Part shown: positions 11,310 to 20,707 of the stretch, one piece after another | How the letters are laid out: each line of letters opens with the position of its first letter | Position numbering within the stretch: the stretch's first letter is position 1 | From: an uncultured delta proteobacterium | GTDB taxonomy: Bacteria; Myxococcota; Myxococcia; Myxococcales; Myxococcaceae | Direction: 5' to 3' | Length of the DNA stretch: 64,000 nt | Assembly: GCA_963771175.1 (NCBI GenBank) | Contig: CAVYSY010000031.1 | Coordinates: 192,001 to 256,000, forward strand | The notes under the pieces: model-generated | Seen by the model: only the letters and a program-made list of their open reading frames with translations | Databases searched by the model: none | What the model was told of the DNA's origin: nothing | Program-made: the position numbers and the translations under genes

Positions 11310-12377
11310 TCACCGCCGCCCGACGAGCCTGCGCAGGAGGATGGGAGCGACGAGGAAGACGAGGAGGAGCCGCCCCACCTGGACGGCGAGCACCAGGGAG
11401 AGGCTGGCGCGGGTGTCGAGCGCGATGGCGAGCACCGAGTCGGCCCCACCGGGAGAGGTGGCGAAGTAGGTGGTGAGCAGCTCCACCCCGCCCACGGTCG
11501 ACCAGACCCAGGCGAGGAGCAGGCAGCTCGCCACCATGGCCACCGCGGCCCCGAGCGCCCCGAGGGCGACGCGCTTCAACTCATGGACGGCCGCCTCGTC
11601 GAAGTGGCTGCCCACGCGCGAGCCGAGGACCCACAGCGAGACGGGGAGCACGCCCGGAGGCCACGCGCCCACCGGAAGGCCGAGGGCCGTGAGGGGAATG
11701 CCCAGCACGAGCGGACCGAGGAAGGCCCCGGCCGGCAGCTTCAGCCGCGTTCCCAGCACTCCGCCGACGACGGCGACGAGGGCCGTCATCCCCCACGCCA
11801 CCAGGGGAGCAGGAGCCCCGGGCAACGCCGCCACCGTGGCCACCCGCGTATCCGGGACACCGCCCGACCACCTGCCCACCGCGGCCGCCACGAGGATGAC
11901 GACGCCCAGGCGCAGGTACTGGAAGAGCGTCACCAGACGCGCGTCGGCGCCGAGCTCCTCGCTCAAGGCCACCATGGCCGAGGCGCCGCCCGGCATGAGG
12001 CCGAGGGTGGCGGTGCGGACATCCACCCCGCTCCACCGGCTGAAGACGCGCGCCACCGCGAGGCCGATGCCCACCACCCCCACCACGTTGATGAGCGCGA
12101 TGAGCCAGTTCTCGCCGAGCGCGGCCCACGCGGAGGGCTTGAAGGAGGAGCAGATGGCGGCCCCCAGCACGGCCTGCGCGCACAGCAGCAGGGGCCGGGG
12201 AATGGGGACGTGGACCGACAGGGTGAGGGCGGCCACGAGCGACACCAGCATGCCGCCGAGGAGTGCACCGGCGGGGACGTGGGTCAGCTCGGCGAGGGCG
12301 GCGCCCAGCAGGGTTGCCGCCGTCACCGCCCACACGCGGGAGCGCGACCGACCATCGGGCCTGGAGTCCTTCGCCAT
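11310..12377 (-). CDS. AbrB-family (AidB regulator / putative ammonia monooxygenase-like) membrane protein
   Basis: Duplicated membrane domain with PGGASAM/PGGADSV and QYLRL/QVGRL motifs. Confidence 0.85.
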   Translation of the reverse strand: MAKDSRPDGRSRSRVWAVTAATLLGAALAELTHVPAGALLGGMLVSLVAALTLSVHVPIPRPLLLCAQAVLGAAICSSFKPSAWAALGENWLIALINVVGVVGIGLAVARVFSRWSGVDVRTATLGLMPGGASAMVALSEELGADARLVTLFQYLRLGVVILVAAAVGRWSGGVPDTRVATVAALPGAPAPLVAWGMTALVAVVGGVLGTRLKLPAGAFLGPLVLGIPLTALGLPVGAWPPGVLPVSLWVLGSRVGSHFDEAAVHELKRVALGALGAAVAMVASCLLLAWVWSTVGGVELLTTYFATSPGGADSVLAIALDTRASLSLVLAVQVGRLLLVFLVAPILLRRLVGRR

Positions 12378-12468
12378 GGGGCGGCGGAGGGTAGCGCACG
12401 CGGTTGACTCCGGCGCACGCTATTAGAGAGGTACACCGCCGCGGTGATGGGCATAGTCTGGACGATGA

Positions 12469-13557
12469 ATGAGCATGGATGAGCGTGCATTGGAGAAGCT
12501 CGGCTGGGGCCCCCCCTTCCAGGAGGGCTGGCGCTCCCGCGAGGCCGCGGGCGTGGAGCCGGCGCGCATCGCCGCCGACTATGGCGTCGAGTACATGCTC
12601 TATTCGGCACAGGGGGACCTCCGGGCCACGGTGCCGGGGCGACTCCGCATGGCCATCCGCAAGGGAGAGTCCGTGCGCCCGGTCGTCGGGGACTGGGTCG
12701 TCGTCGAGCCTCGCATCCAGGAAGGCACCTCGGTCATCCAGGCCGTGCTCCCCCGGCGGACCCAGCTCGTCCGCAAGGCGGCCGGCCGGACGGACGAGGA
12801 GCAGGTGGTGGCCGCCAACCTGGACGTGGTCTTCCTCGTCTCCGGGCTGACGCGGGATTTGAACCCGCGGCGGCTCGAGCGCTACCTGACGGTCGCCTGG
12901 GACAGCGGGGCCCAGCCCGTGGTGGTGCTCACCAAGGCCGACCTCTGCGAGGACGTGGTGGCGGCCCGTGAGCGCATCGCCGAGCTGGCCCCGGACGTTC
13001 CCCTCCACGTCGTCAGCAGCGTCACCGGCGAGGGGCTGGACGTGCTCTGGCAGTACATCGGTGGCAACCGCACCGTGGCGCTCATCGGCTCGTCGGGCGT
13101 GGGCAAGTCCACGCTCATCAACCGGCTGGTGGGCTCCGCGCGCATGGAAGTGGGAGAGGTGCGCGAGGACGACAAGGGCCGGCACACCACCACCCACCGC
13201 GAGCTGTTCGTGCTACCGCAAGGCGGCCTCGTCATCGACACGCCCGGGATGCGAGAGCTCGGGCTGATGGAGAACGAGGAGGGCCTGCGCACCGCCTTCG
13301 TGGACATCGAGGAACTGGCGGCCGGGTGCCGCTTCAACGACTGCCGCCACGAGAACGAGCCCGGCTGCGTCGTCCTGGAGGCGAGCCGCGATGGGAGACT
13401 CGCCCCGGAGCGCCTGGAGAACTACCGGAAGCTCACCCTGGAAGTGACCCGCCTGGAGCGCCAGCGAGACGCCCAGGCCCAGGCCCGCGCCAAACAGGAG
13501 ACGAAGAAGACCACGCGGGCCTTCAACGCCTTCCATTCGAAGAAGCGCGGCCGGTAG
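12469..13557 (+). CDS. rsgA: Ribosome small subunit-dependent GTPase RsgA
   Basis: VVGDWV OB fold, TKADL, GSSGVGKS, GRHTTT, DTPG, CRFNDCRHENEPGC zinc finger. Confidence 0.95.
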   Translation: MSMDERALEKLGWGPPFQEGWRSREAAGVEPARIAADYGVEYMLYSAQGDLRATVPGRLRMAIRKGESVRPVVGDWVVVEPRIQEGTSVIQAVLPRRTQLVRKAAGRTDEEQVVAANLDVVFLVSGLTRDLNPRRLERYLTVAWDSGAQPVVVLTKADLCEDVVAARERIAELAPDVPLHVVSSVTGEGLDVLWQYIGGNRTVALIGSSGVGKSTLINRLVGSARMEVGEVREDDKGRHTTTHRELFVLPQGGLVIDTPGMRELGLMENEEGLRTAFVDIEELAAGCRFNDCRHENEPGCVVLEASRDGRLAPERLENYRKLTLEVTRLERQRDAQAQARAKQETKKTTRAFNAFHSKKRGR

Positions 13558-13572
13558 CGCCACCTCTGCCGC

Positions 13573-14166
13573 CTACTGCGGCCGGACCACGAAGTCGAAG
13601 CGGATGACCACCGACTCGCCCACCTTCATGGTGCCCAGCATCAGCGTGGGCGGACGCACGCTCCAGTCGGTCATGCGGAGCTGGTACCGGCCCCGCACCC
13701 GCAGGCCGCCATCCGCGGTAGGCGTGGCACGGCCCTCCAGGTCGATTGGCTTCGCAACGCCGGCCAACGTGAGCTCGCCCTTGATGCGCAGGGGCACCTC
13801 GCCCTCCTTCACGGCCCCCGCCTCATAACCACTCATCTGGAAGCGGATGGTGGGGTGCTGCTGCGCCTGCAGGGCCTTGAGCATGTGCTCGTTCATCGTC
13901 CCGTTGGCGCAGTCGAGCCGCTCCGCGGGAATCTCCAGCACCACCGCGCTCAGCGCTCCGGCCAGTTGCTCGAGTCCGAGTCCACCGCCGGCCTCTCCGG
14001 GGGTGAGCTGGGCATTCACCTTCTGCGCCTTGCAGGTGAACTTGCGCACCGTCGACGTGCCATCGATGGCCAGCTCGCCACCGGGTTGGAGCACCACGCC
14101 GGGCTGCGCGGCGGCCGCGCCCGCTCCAGCGAGCGCCATCATGAGAAATGGGACAAGGCGTTTCAT
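13573..14166 (-). CDS. YceI-family lipid/polyisoprenoid-binding periplasmic protein
   Basis: Signal peptide; GTSTVR, MNEHMLKAL, PTIRF, GELTLAGVAK; start overlaps the stop of the upstream gene (ATGA). Confidence 0.85.
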   Translation of the reverse strand: MKRLVPFLMMALAGAGAAAAQPGVVLQPGGELAIDGTSTVRKFTCKAQKVNAQLTPGEAGGGLGLEQLAGALSAVVLEIPAERLDCANGTMNEHMLKALQAQQHPTIRFQMSGYEAGAVKEGEVPLRIKGELTLAGVAKPIDLEGRATPTADGGLRVRGRYQLRMTDWSVRPPTLMLGTMKVGESVVIRFDFVVRPQ

Positions 14167-14972
14167 GGCTCGACTCTCCTTTGGTTTTTTTCCGGCTGGG
14201 GGGGCGGCTTGAGCTCGAGCACGAGCTGCCCGGCCACGGGCACCTGCGACTCGATGCGCACCGGCAGTCGGCGTTCATCATCCGTGAGATTCAGGCGGAG
14301 CACGCCCCGGCCGCCGAAGCGTTTGGGGTCGCGCACCTCCATCTCCACCAGCACGGTGGAAAACTCCCCGGCCGGCACGCGCATCACCTCGCGACGCAGC
14401 ACGCGCACCACCACCGGGTTGCGCTTCGCATCGAAGTGCCGATCCAACCGGTAGATGCCCCCGGGAGGGAGCGTCAGCGTGCGCAGCGCATAGAGGAACG
14501 ACAGCTCGTCCAGCGGCTCCATGGAGGCGCTCTCCCCCTTCGCGCCACGCCGCTCCCACCGCTGGGTGTCGGGGAAGATGTCCACCTGCTCGCGCACCGA
14601 GTTGAAGGGGACGCGCTCGTCCACCTCATAGCGCAGCGCCGCCATGCGCCGGGCACTCAGATACGAGCGCGAGTGGTGCCGCACCTGGACGGGCCCCACC
14701 GAGGTCTCGAAGTCGAAGCGCAGCAGCATCACCGGCTCTTCACGCAGCGGCTGGGCGGGTTCCACGCGCAGCCAACCCGTCCCGCTCCGCCCGTGCCGCC
14801 CCAGCGACACCTGATAGGCGAGCACCTCGCCCTCCGCGAAGGGGCGCTCGCTGCTGAATTCCTGGGCACGAGCCGCGGGAGCCAGCCCCAGCAACCCCAG
14901 GAGCAGCAGCGCCGCCCGGAGAAGGCCGGTGGGGCGGCGTCCGTTCCATTGATTGTCGGTGAGGGGGGGCAT
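14163..14972 (-). CDS. DUF3108-like secreted protein
   Basis: Signal peptide; PFAEGEVLAY, LDELSFLYALR, VPAGEF, TDDERRLPVRI. Confidence 0.75.
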   Translation of the reverse strand: MPPLTDNQWNGRRPTGLLRAALLLLGLLGLAPAARAQEFSSERPFAEGEVLAYQVSLGRHGRSGTGWLRVEPAQPLREEPVMLLRFDFETSVGPVQVRHHSRSYLSARRMAALRYEVDERVPFNSVREQVDIFPDTQRWERRGAKGESASMEPLDELSFLYALRTLTLPPGGIYRLDRHFDAKRNPVVVRVLRREVMRVPAGEFSTVLVEMEVRDPKRFGGRGVLRLNLTDDERRLPVRIESQVPVAGQLVLELKPPPQPEKNQRRVEP

Positions 14973-15003
14973 TGAGGCTCCGCGCGGGTACGCCCCACCT
15001 CTA

Positions 15004-15019
15004 TTCAAGCCACATGCCG
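15004..15019 (-). promoter_or_regulatory. Putative sigma54 (-24/-12) promoter for the DUF3108-YceI operon
   Basis: Minus strand CGGCATGTGGCTTGAA = GG-N10-GA variant, about 30 nt upstream of the ATG. Confidence 0.45.
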
Positions 15020-15180
15020 CTGTCGACGGTGACCGCGCGAGTGGCTCCTTTATAGGAGGCGTGGCGTGACGGGGACTGCGCGAACGGGGCATGTACGCGT
15101 CATGCGCAAGTCCTGCGCAGGCTCCCGCCTTCGCGCAGACCGTGCAGGTTCTCAAACTGTGCTACCAGGGGAAGAGACGT

Positions 15181-15196
15181 TGGCGCACGCCTTGCT
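15181..15196 (+). promoter_or_regulatory. Putative sigma54 (-24/-12) promoter for the porin gene
   Basis: TGGCGCACGCCTTGCT matches TGGC-N8-TTGC (GG-N10-GC). Confidence 0.7.
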
Positions 15197-15281
15197 CTGG
15201 ACTCCGAGCAACAAGACATCGGGTGTGAACGCCGCCGAGCGAGACACCACGGGACGCAGAAGCACAAAAGGAAGAAACATC

Positions 15282-16565
15282 ATGAGAACCAGCAACCTGG
15301 CAGCAACCCTCGCCGCGATGCTCATGGGGGCCTCGGGCGTTGCACAAGCCGCGGAAGTCCTGAAGACGGATCGCGCGCAGATGAACGTGGGCGGACGACT
15401 GCAGCTCCTGGGCTTCGCCCAGACGCTCGATGACGGGCACCGGAACGACGAGCGGTTCTACCTGTTCCTCAAGCAGGCCCGGCTCTCGGTCTCGGGCAAC
15501 GTCGACGCATGGCGTTACGGCGTGATGCTCGCGTTCGGTGGTGAGAATGAGATCAAGGCCCCGACGCCGGGAATCTCGCTGGGCCTGCTGGACATGTTCG
15601 TGGATGCGCCCCTGAGCTTCCTCGGGGACAACACGTATGTGAGGGTGGGTCAGTTCCGGGTGCCCTACGGCCGTGAGCGGCTGACCGAGTCGGGCACGCT
15701 GCTCTTCGCGGACCGGTCGATCCAGAACATGGCCTTCCGGGTGGGCCGGGACGTGGGCGCGGCCATCTTCACCAAGAAGGGCCCCATGGTGGCGGGCCTC
15801 GGCATCTTCACGGGCGGCGGCCGGGACATCCCCGAGCGCTACCTGCCGCAGACGCTCGGCACCCCGATGGTGGTGCTGCGCGCGGGCTACGACCAGCTCG
15901 GCCAGGACGTCTTCGCGACGCCGATGGCCCCGATCGAGCTCGACAAGACCCAGCTCGCCTTCTTCGTGAACGGGCTCTACGTCGAGGACTCGCTGGTAGG
16001 CCACTCGACGGTGTTCAACACCCGGGCCTCGGAGAAGTCGCTGATGATCAACGGTAACTGGAACCCGTTCCTGGGCCAGGCGCCGTACAGCCTCGGCAGG
16101 CTGTGGCAGGTGGGAGCCGACGCCTCGGTGCGCACGCCCGTGGGCCCTGGCGTCCTCACCGGAGAGGTGGAAGGCAACTTCGCCGTCTACCAGAACGACT
16201 ACGGAGACATCCGGGTCCCGGGTGGCCGGGCGCAGGTGGCGTACAAGTGGAAGCAGCTGGATGTCGCGCTGCGGTATGCGTACGTCCGGCCGGACGAGCG
16301 GTTCGCCGTGGGTGATGCGCAGGTCACCGGCAAGCAGGCCATCCAGGAGGTGACGCCCGCGCTGACCTACAACTTCGAGGGCGTCCCCGCGAAGATCGTC
16401 ATGGACCTGCCCATCCTCCTGGGTACGCCGGTCATCTTCGAGGAGAACGTGGGTTCGTACGTCCTCACGGAGCAGCCGGACCAGACCTCGCTGCTGAAGA
16501 AGGGCGCGCCCATCACGCGGCAGAACGTCGTCGAGGCCCGCATGATGGTGCAGGCGAGCTTCTAA
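15282..16565 (+). CDS. Outer-membrane beta-barrel porin (OprO/OprP-like)
   Basis: Signal peptide AQA; GGRLQ, ARLSVSG, VRVGQFRVPYGRE, GRDVG; C-terminal Phe. Confidence 0.75.
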   Translation: MRTSNLAATLAAMLMGASGVAQAAEVLKTDRAQMNVGGRLQLLGFAQTLDDGHRNDERFYLFLKQARLSVSGNVDAWRYGVMLAFGGENEIKAPTPGISLGLLDMFVDAPLSFLGDNTYVRVGQFRVPYGRERLTESGTLLFADRSIQNMAFRVGRDVGAAIFTKKGPMVAGLGIFTGGGRDIPERYLPQTLGTPMVVLRAGYDQLGQDVFATPMAPIELDKTQLAFFVNGLYVEDSLVGHSTVFNTRASEKSLMINGNWNPFLGQAPYSLGRLWQVGADASVRTPVGPGVLTGEVEGNFAVYQNDYGDIRVPGGRAQVAYKWKQLDVALRYAYVRPDERFAVGDAQVTGKQAIQEVTPALTYNFEGVPAKIVMDLPILLGTPVIFEENVGSYVLTEQPDQTSLLKKGAPITRQNVVEARMMVQASF

Positions 16566-16617
16566 CGGGAGCAGCTCAACGCCTGGGTCGCCGAGGAACA
16601 GGCGGCCCAGGCTGAGT

Positions 16618-18015
16618 TCAGTGGAGGGGGCGGGTGTGCCCCGCCTTCCTCACCGCCTCGGCCAGGGAGTCGAGCTCCGCCTCGAAGTCCGCGATGAGCT
16701 CGTGAGGCTCCGGCACCAGGCCCGCATCCGCCGCCACGCCCAGCGTCACGTGGCCCGCGTAGCTGAAGATGCTCAGGCCCAGCCCGTGCCGCCCCGCCAT
16801 GGGCACCCAGAACATCACCCCCGCCAGCCTCGCTCCCGCCAGGTACACCGGCCGCTTCGGCCCCGGGACGTTCGTCAGCACCATCGAGGCCTTCTTCCGC
16901 AGCACCTCCACCGCCACCCGCTCCACCGCCGTCGGTGCCATCCCCGCCGCCGACAGCATCCCGAACATCACCGCCGCCTCCGGCGAGCGCTTCAGCTTGT
17001 CCATCCGCCGCTTCAGCTCCCACAGCCGCTCCACCGGGTCCTCCACCCCGAGCGGCAGCGGCAGGAACACCAGCCCGAAGCGGTTGCCCAGCTCTCGCGG
17101 GAGGGGCTCGTGCAACGGCCGCAGGTTCACCGGCACCACCGCCCGCAGATCCTCCGGCGGCTGCCCTCGTGACGCCACGTAGCGGCGCAGCATCCCCGTC
17201 ACCACCGCCATCACCACGTCATTCACGGTGCTGCCCGTGCCGTGGCCGATCTCCCTCACCTTCCCCACCGGCACCGGCCGCGACCAGGCCACCCGCTTCT
17301 CCGTGCCAAGCGCTCCCTTGAAGGGCGAGGGCGGGTCCTGCAGCAGCGTCATCAGCCGGCTCAGCGCCGAGGCCCCGCGCGCGCCCTCCACCGCCAGGTC
17401 CATGAGGTGGATGGGCTCGGCCAGCAGCTCCGCGCCCCGCTTCCACGCCGCCCGCGTCGAGCCCACCACCGTCCGCGCGCCCCGCAGCAGCCGCGACAGC
17501 GTCCCCGGGAGCTCCTCCGCTTCCTCGAGCCTCTCGTGCCTGCCGCCACCACCCGGGCGCTCGTCCGTCAGCGACAGCAGCACCCGCGCCAGCGCGATGC
17601 CATCCGCGATGCAGTGGTGCATGCGCATCAGCAGCGCGCTCCCGGCCTCGTACCCTTCGATGAGGTGCAGCTCCCACAGTGGCCGCGAGGAGTCCAGGGG
17701 CGTGCCCATGGACTCGCTCACCAGTTCCTCCAGCGCGGCGTGGCCTCCGGGGGCTCGCAGCGTCGTGCGCCGCAGGTGCGCCTCCAGCCGGAAGGCCGGG
17801 GCATCCTCCCAGCGAGGCGTCCCCAGCAGCCCTCCCGGCACCACCCGCTGACGGAAGCGCGGGTAGCGCTCCACCAGCCGCTCGCGCACCACCTCCGTCA
17901 GCCGCTCCCAATCCAGAGGCTCGTCGAACCAGAGCACCGAGGTGATGACCATGAGACTCGTGGGCTCCTCCATCTGGAGCCACGCCGCGTCGACAGGGGT
18001 CATCCGTTCCGACAT
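16618..18015 (-). CDS. Wax ester/triacylglycerol synthase (WS/DGAT)
   Basis: DAAWLQME, PLDSSRPLWE, catalytic HHCIADG, VNDVVM, LGNRFG, TNVPGP. Confidence 0.93.
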   Translation of the reverse strand: MSERMTPVDAAWLQMEEPTSLMVITSVLWFDEPLDWERLTEVVRERLVERYPRFRQRVVPGGLLGTPRWEDAPAFRLEAHLRRTTLRAPGGHAALEELVSESMGTPLDSSRPLWELHLIEGYEAGSALLMRMHHCIADGIALARVLLSLTDERPGGGGRHERLEEAEELPGTLSRLLRGARTVVGSTRAAWKRGAELLAEPIHLMDLAVEGARGASALSRLMTLLQDPPSPFKGALGTEKRVAWSRPVPVGKVREIGHGTGSTVNDVVMAVVTGMLRRYVASRGQPPEDLRAVVPVNLRPLHEPLPRELGNRFGLVFLPLPLGVEDPVERLWELKRRMDKLKRSPEAAVMFGMLSAAGMAPTAVERVAVEVLRKKASMVLTNVPGPKRPVYLAGARLAGVMFWVPMAGRHGLGLSIFSYAGHVTLGVAADAGLVPEPHELIADFEAELDSLAEAVRKAGHTRPLH

Positions 18016-18055
18016 GCGCCCTACTTAGCCTGTTCCGGCCCGGACTCTGAAACCC

Positions 18056-19048
18056 TCACTCGAAGCGCCACCGCCATGTGGTGACGTCCGACAGCTCCGG
18101 CAACGACAGCTCCAGGCAAACCGTCTCGTAGCGGGCAAACTCCCGCGGGTCCACGCGCAGCAGCAGCACCGGAGCGCACGCCATTGGGCGCTCGGGGAAG
18201 GTGTCGAAGGACAGCTCGGAGTCGAAGCTGGAGCGGTAGAAGAGGCCCAGGCCGTCCACGCGCCCCTCGCGCACCACCGGCCGCTCCAGGCGCAGGCGTT
18301 TCGGCAGCGAGCCGGCGCGCAGCGTCTCCAGGTCGAAGGCGAAGGCGGGCTCCGGGTCGCACAGCCGCCGCTCCACGTCCTGCGGCCGGATGAACCGGGT
18401 GAAGTACGCGGGGTGTAGCGTGTCCCGCAGCATCTGCAGGCAGCCGTAGTCCACGGTGGGCAGGCGCTGGCTCCAGAGGAAGGGCAGGCGCGCCTCCTCG
18501 CGCAGTTGCACCGGCTCGAAGAAGACCTCGAAGCGGTTGGGCAGGATGCGGGCCCCGCGCGCCAGCACCCGGTCCCTCAAATCCAGCAGCCGAGGCACCA
18601 GCCCCGTATCGAAGAGCGCGTCTCCCAGCTGCTCGTGCAGCAGGACGTCCACCTTCTCCGAAGGGCGGAAGCGCGTGCTGTCCGAGCGGATGAAGGAGAT
18701 GTCCGAGAACCCGTTGCGGCGGGCCACCCAGCGCGCCATGTCGAGGTTGCGCGAGGCATCCACCGCGTACAGCTTGCGCGGGCCACGCGCCGCCGCGAGG
18801 AAGGCCCTCGGGCCGTTGCCCGTCCCCACGTCCACCACCACCTGACCGGGCCGCACGTAGCGCTCGATGGCGCACCGGTAGGCCTCCACCCGCTCCGCGT
18901 CCACCAGACCCGAGTCCCGGGGCACCGGGCTCGTCAGCTCGGGCGAGTCCACGAGCAGGTTGCGCAGCGTCCCCACCAGCGGCAGGTGACGCATCCTCGA
19001 CTGCAGATCCCCCCAGGCCTGACGCGGAAGATTCATCAGGTTCGCCAT
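18056..19048 (-). CDS. Class I SAM-dependent methyltransferase with protein-arginine-methyltransferase (PRMT)-like architecture
   Basis: D-x-x-R-x-x-A-Y, VVDVGTGNG, KLYAVDAS, EKVDVLLHEQLGDALFD, LRDRVLARGARILP, followed by a beta-rich C-terminal domain. Confidence 0.75.
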   Translation of the reverse strand: MANLMNLPRQAWGDLQSRMRHLPLVGTLRNLLVDSPELTSPVPRDSGLVDAERVEAYRCAIERYVRPGQVVVDVGTGNGPRAFLAAARGPRKLYAVDASRNLDMARWVARRNGFSDISFIRSDSTRFRPSEKVDVLLHEQLGDALFDTGLVPRLLDLRDRVLARGARILPNRFEVFFEPVQLREEARLPFLWSQRLPTVDYGCLQMLRDTLHPAYFTRFIRPQDVERRLCDPEPAFAFDLETLRAGSLPKRLRLERPVVREGRVDGLGLFYRSSFDSELSFDTFPERPMACAPVLLLRVDPREFARYETVCLELSLPELSDVTTWRWRFE

Positions 19049-19218
19049 AGTTCCCCCCACGGCGCGTGGCGCCAGTGTTCCGGCCCCGAGGGACCGCAAC
19101 ACCCGGATACCCGGAACCCATGGAATCGGGAAGGGCCCGCGCCCGGGCCGTCACACCGAGGACGGAGAGAACTTCCGCCGATGAACACTCGACGACCGAA
19201 TCCCCTGACCGGGGCTCG

Positions 19219-19905
19219 CTAACCGGGGCTCGGCCCGGACCTGGCGCGGCGCAGCGTCCTCCGCGCGAGGGGCAGCGCCACCGCGAGAGCGAGCATCGCG
19301 CAGTAGGCCAGCATGGTCGGCGAGGACAGCACGGTCGACAGAGGGAGGCGGGACTTCAGTCCCATGAGCACCCCCATCGCGCCCTGGACGCCGAAGGCCG
19401 ACACCACGGTGAACATCCAGGACACGGGCTGCGCGGCGGGCTGGACGGAGCCGTAGCCCGAGACGGGAGAGAACAGCACGCCCTTCCACCGCGGGTAGTC
19501 CCAGCAAATGAGGTAGAGCACCGCCAGCAGCATCAACCCGGTGACGAGCCACGTGCCATCGAAGCTCATCGACACGGTGATGGCGAAGATGTTGAGGATG
19601 ATGGGCAGGAAGAGGAGCGCGCCCACCGTGGGTCCCGAGCGCGGCAGCAGCAGCAGCAGCGCCGCGGCGACCTGGGCCATCCCGATGAAGCGCCAGTAGC
19701 CCCCGGTCCGGTACATCGCATCGAAGAAGTATCCGATGGGCGTCTCCGTCCCTTGGGTGGTGAAGCGCCCACCGAACGCCTTGATCAACCCCGGCCGGAA
19801 GAAGCCGACGGCCAATAGGCCCCGGGTGAAGGCAGTGAATCCGCGCAGCCACGGCATGGCGACCACACGAGCATGAAGAGAATCCATGAAGGCTTCGAGG
19901 CTCAT
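19219..19905 (-). CDS. DoxX-like membrane protein
   Basis: RGLLAVGFF, FFDAMYRTGGYWRFIG, LFLPIILNIF, LICWDY. Confidence 0.65.
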   Translation of the reverse strand: MSLEAFMDSLHARVVAMPWLRGFTAFTRGLLAVGFFRPGLIKAFGGRFTTQGTETPIGYFFDAMYRTGGYWRFIGMAQVAAALLLLLPRSGPTVGALLFLPIILNIFAITVSMSFDGTWLVTGLMLLAVLYLICWDYPRWKGVLFSPVSGYGSVQPAAQPVSWMFTVVSAFGVQGAMGVLMGLKSRLPLSTVLSSPTMLAYCAMLALAVALPLARRTLRRARSGPSPG

Positions 19906-19973
19906 GGCCGGCGGGTACCATGCCAGGAAGCAATGGGTCATGAGGGATCAGAAGCAGAGGCCAGCCCCGAAGC

Positions 19974-20465
19974 TCAGGAGCGACCCAGCGTGAAGAGGCG
20001 CACCGACTCTTCGAGTGGCTCCCGATAATCCGAGCCGGGGTAGCCCCGCATCCGCATGTGCATCTCGGCCTCCGTGCGGGTGCGGAAGATGTTCCACGGC
20101 CGCTTGGACATGGTCGCGACCGTGTAGAGCATCATCCGAGGGATGGGGCCGGGGATGACGCACACCACCTCCGACACCCGCTCCGCCAGCTCCCGGTCGA
20201 GCTCCTTGAACGCGTTCGCGTAGCCGATGCGCGCGTTCACCATGCCGGTGCCATCGAAGAAGAAGCAGAAGGTCCCCGGCTGCGTCTTCAGCACCTTGCG
20301 GATCTCCTCACAGAGCGCCTTGCCGTTGGCGTCGTCGCCTTGCTCGGGGTGCTTCACCATCACCAGGCAGGTCGCCAAAGGCGGAGCCTTGGCGTACGCA
20401 GCAGTCGCTCGCGTCATGGGCGATCTCTCGGGAGCCCGGGGTTCTGGCTTGGATGGAACGGGCAT
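19974..20465 (-). CDS. Small cytoplasmic protein, STAS/SEC14 (SpoIIAA-like) fold likely
   Basis: FFFDGTGM...VVCVIPGPIPRMM...PWNIFRTRTEAE pattern. Confidence 0.5.
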   Translation of the reverse strand: MPVPSKPEPRAPERSPMTRATAAYAKAPPLATCLVMVKHPEQGDDANGKALCEEIRKVLKTQPGTFCFFFDGTGMVNARIGYANAFKELDRELAERVSEVVCVIPGPIPRMMLYTVATMSKRPWNIFRTRTEAEMHMRMRGYPGSDYREPLEESVRLFTLGRS

Positions 20466-20707
20466 GACTCCGCCATTCTAGCCGAGAGGAACGACACACG
20501 CTGGAGTCGCTTGAGTAGCGCAACTGTCGAACGCGACCAGAACGCGCTCCAGACGGAAAGATGTGACCAGAGAGGCATCGGTTTTCCGGCGTGCTCCGGA
20601 AGAGCAAGGAGAGGCGTGGCGCGAACGTGACGCACGGAGGAGAGTGGCGTGCTTGAACCCGGAATATGCGCACCATGAAGTTCACCTCTTCCCCCGGAGA
20701 GTTGCCC

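Noticed and set aside
11310..12377. True ammonia monooxygenase
   Set aside because: It matches the AbrB-type duplicated membrane family; no amoCAB-like genes are present
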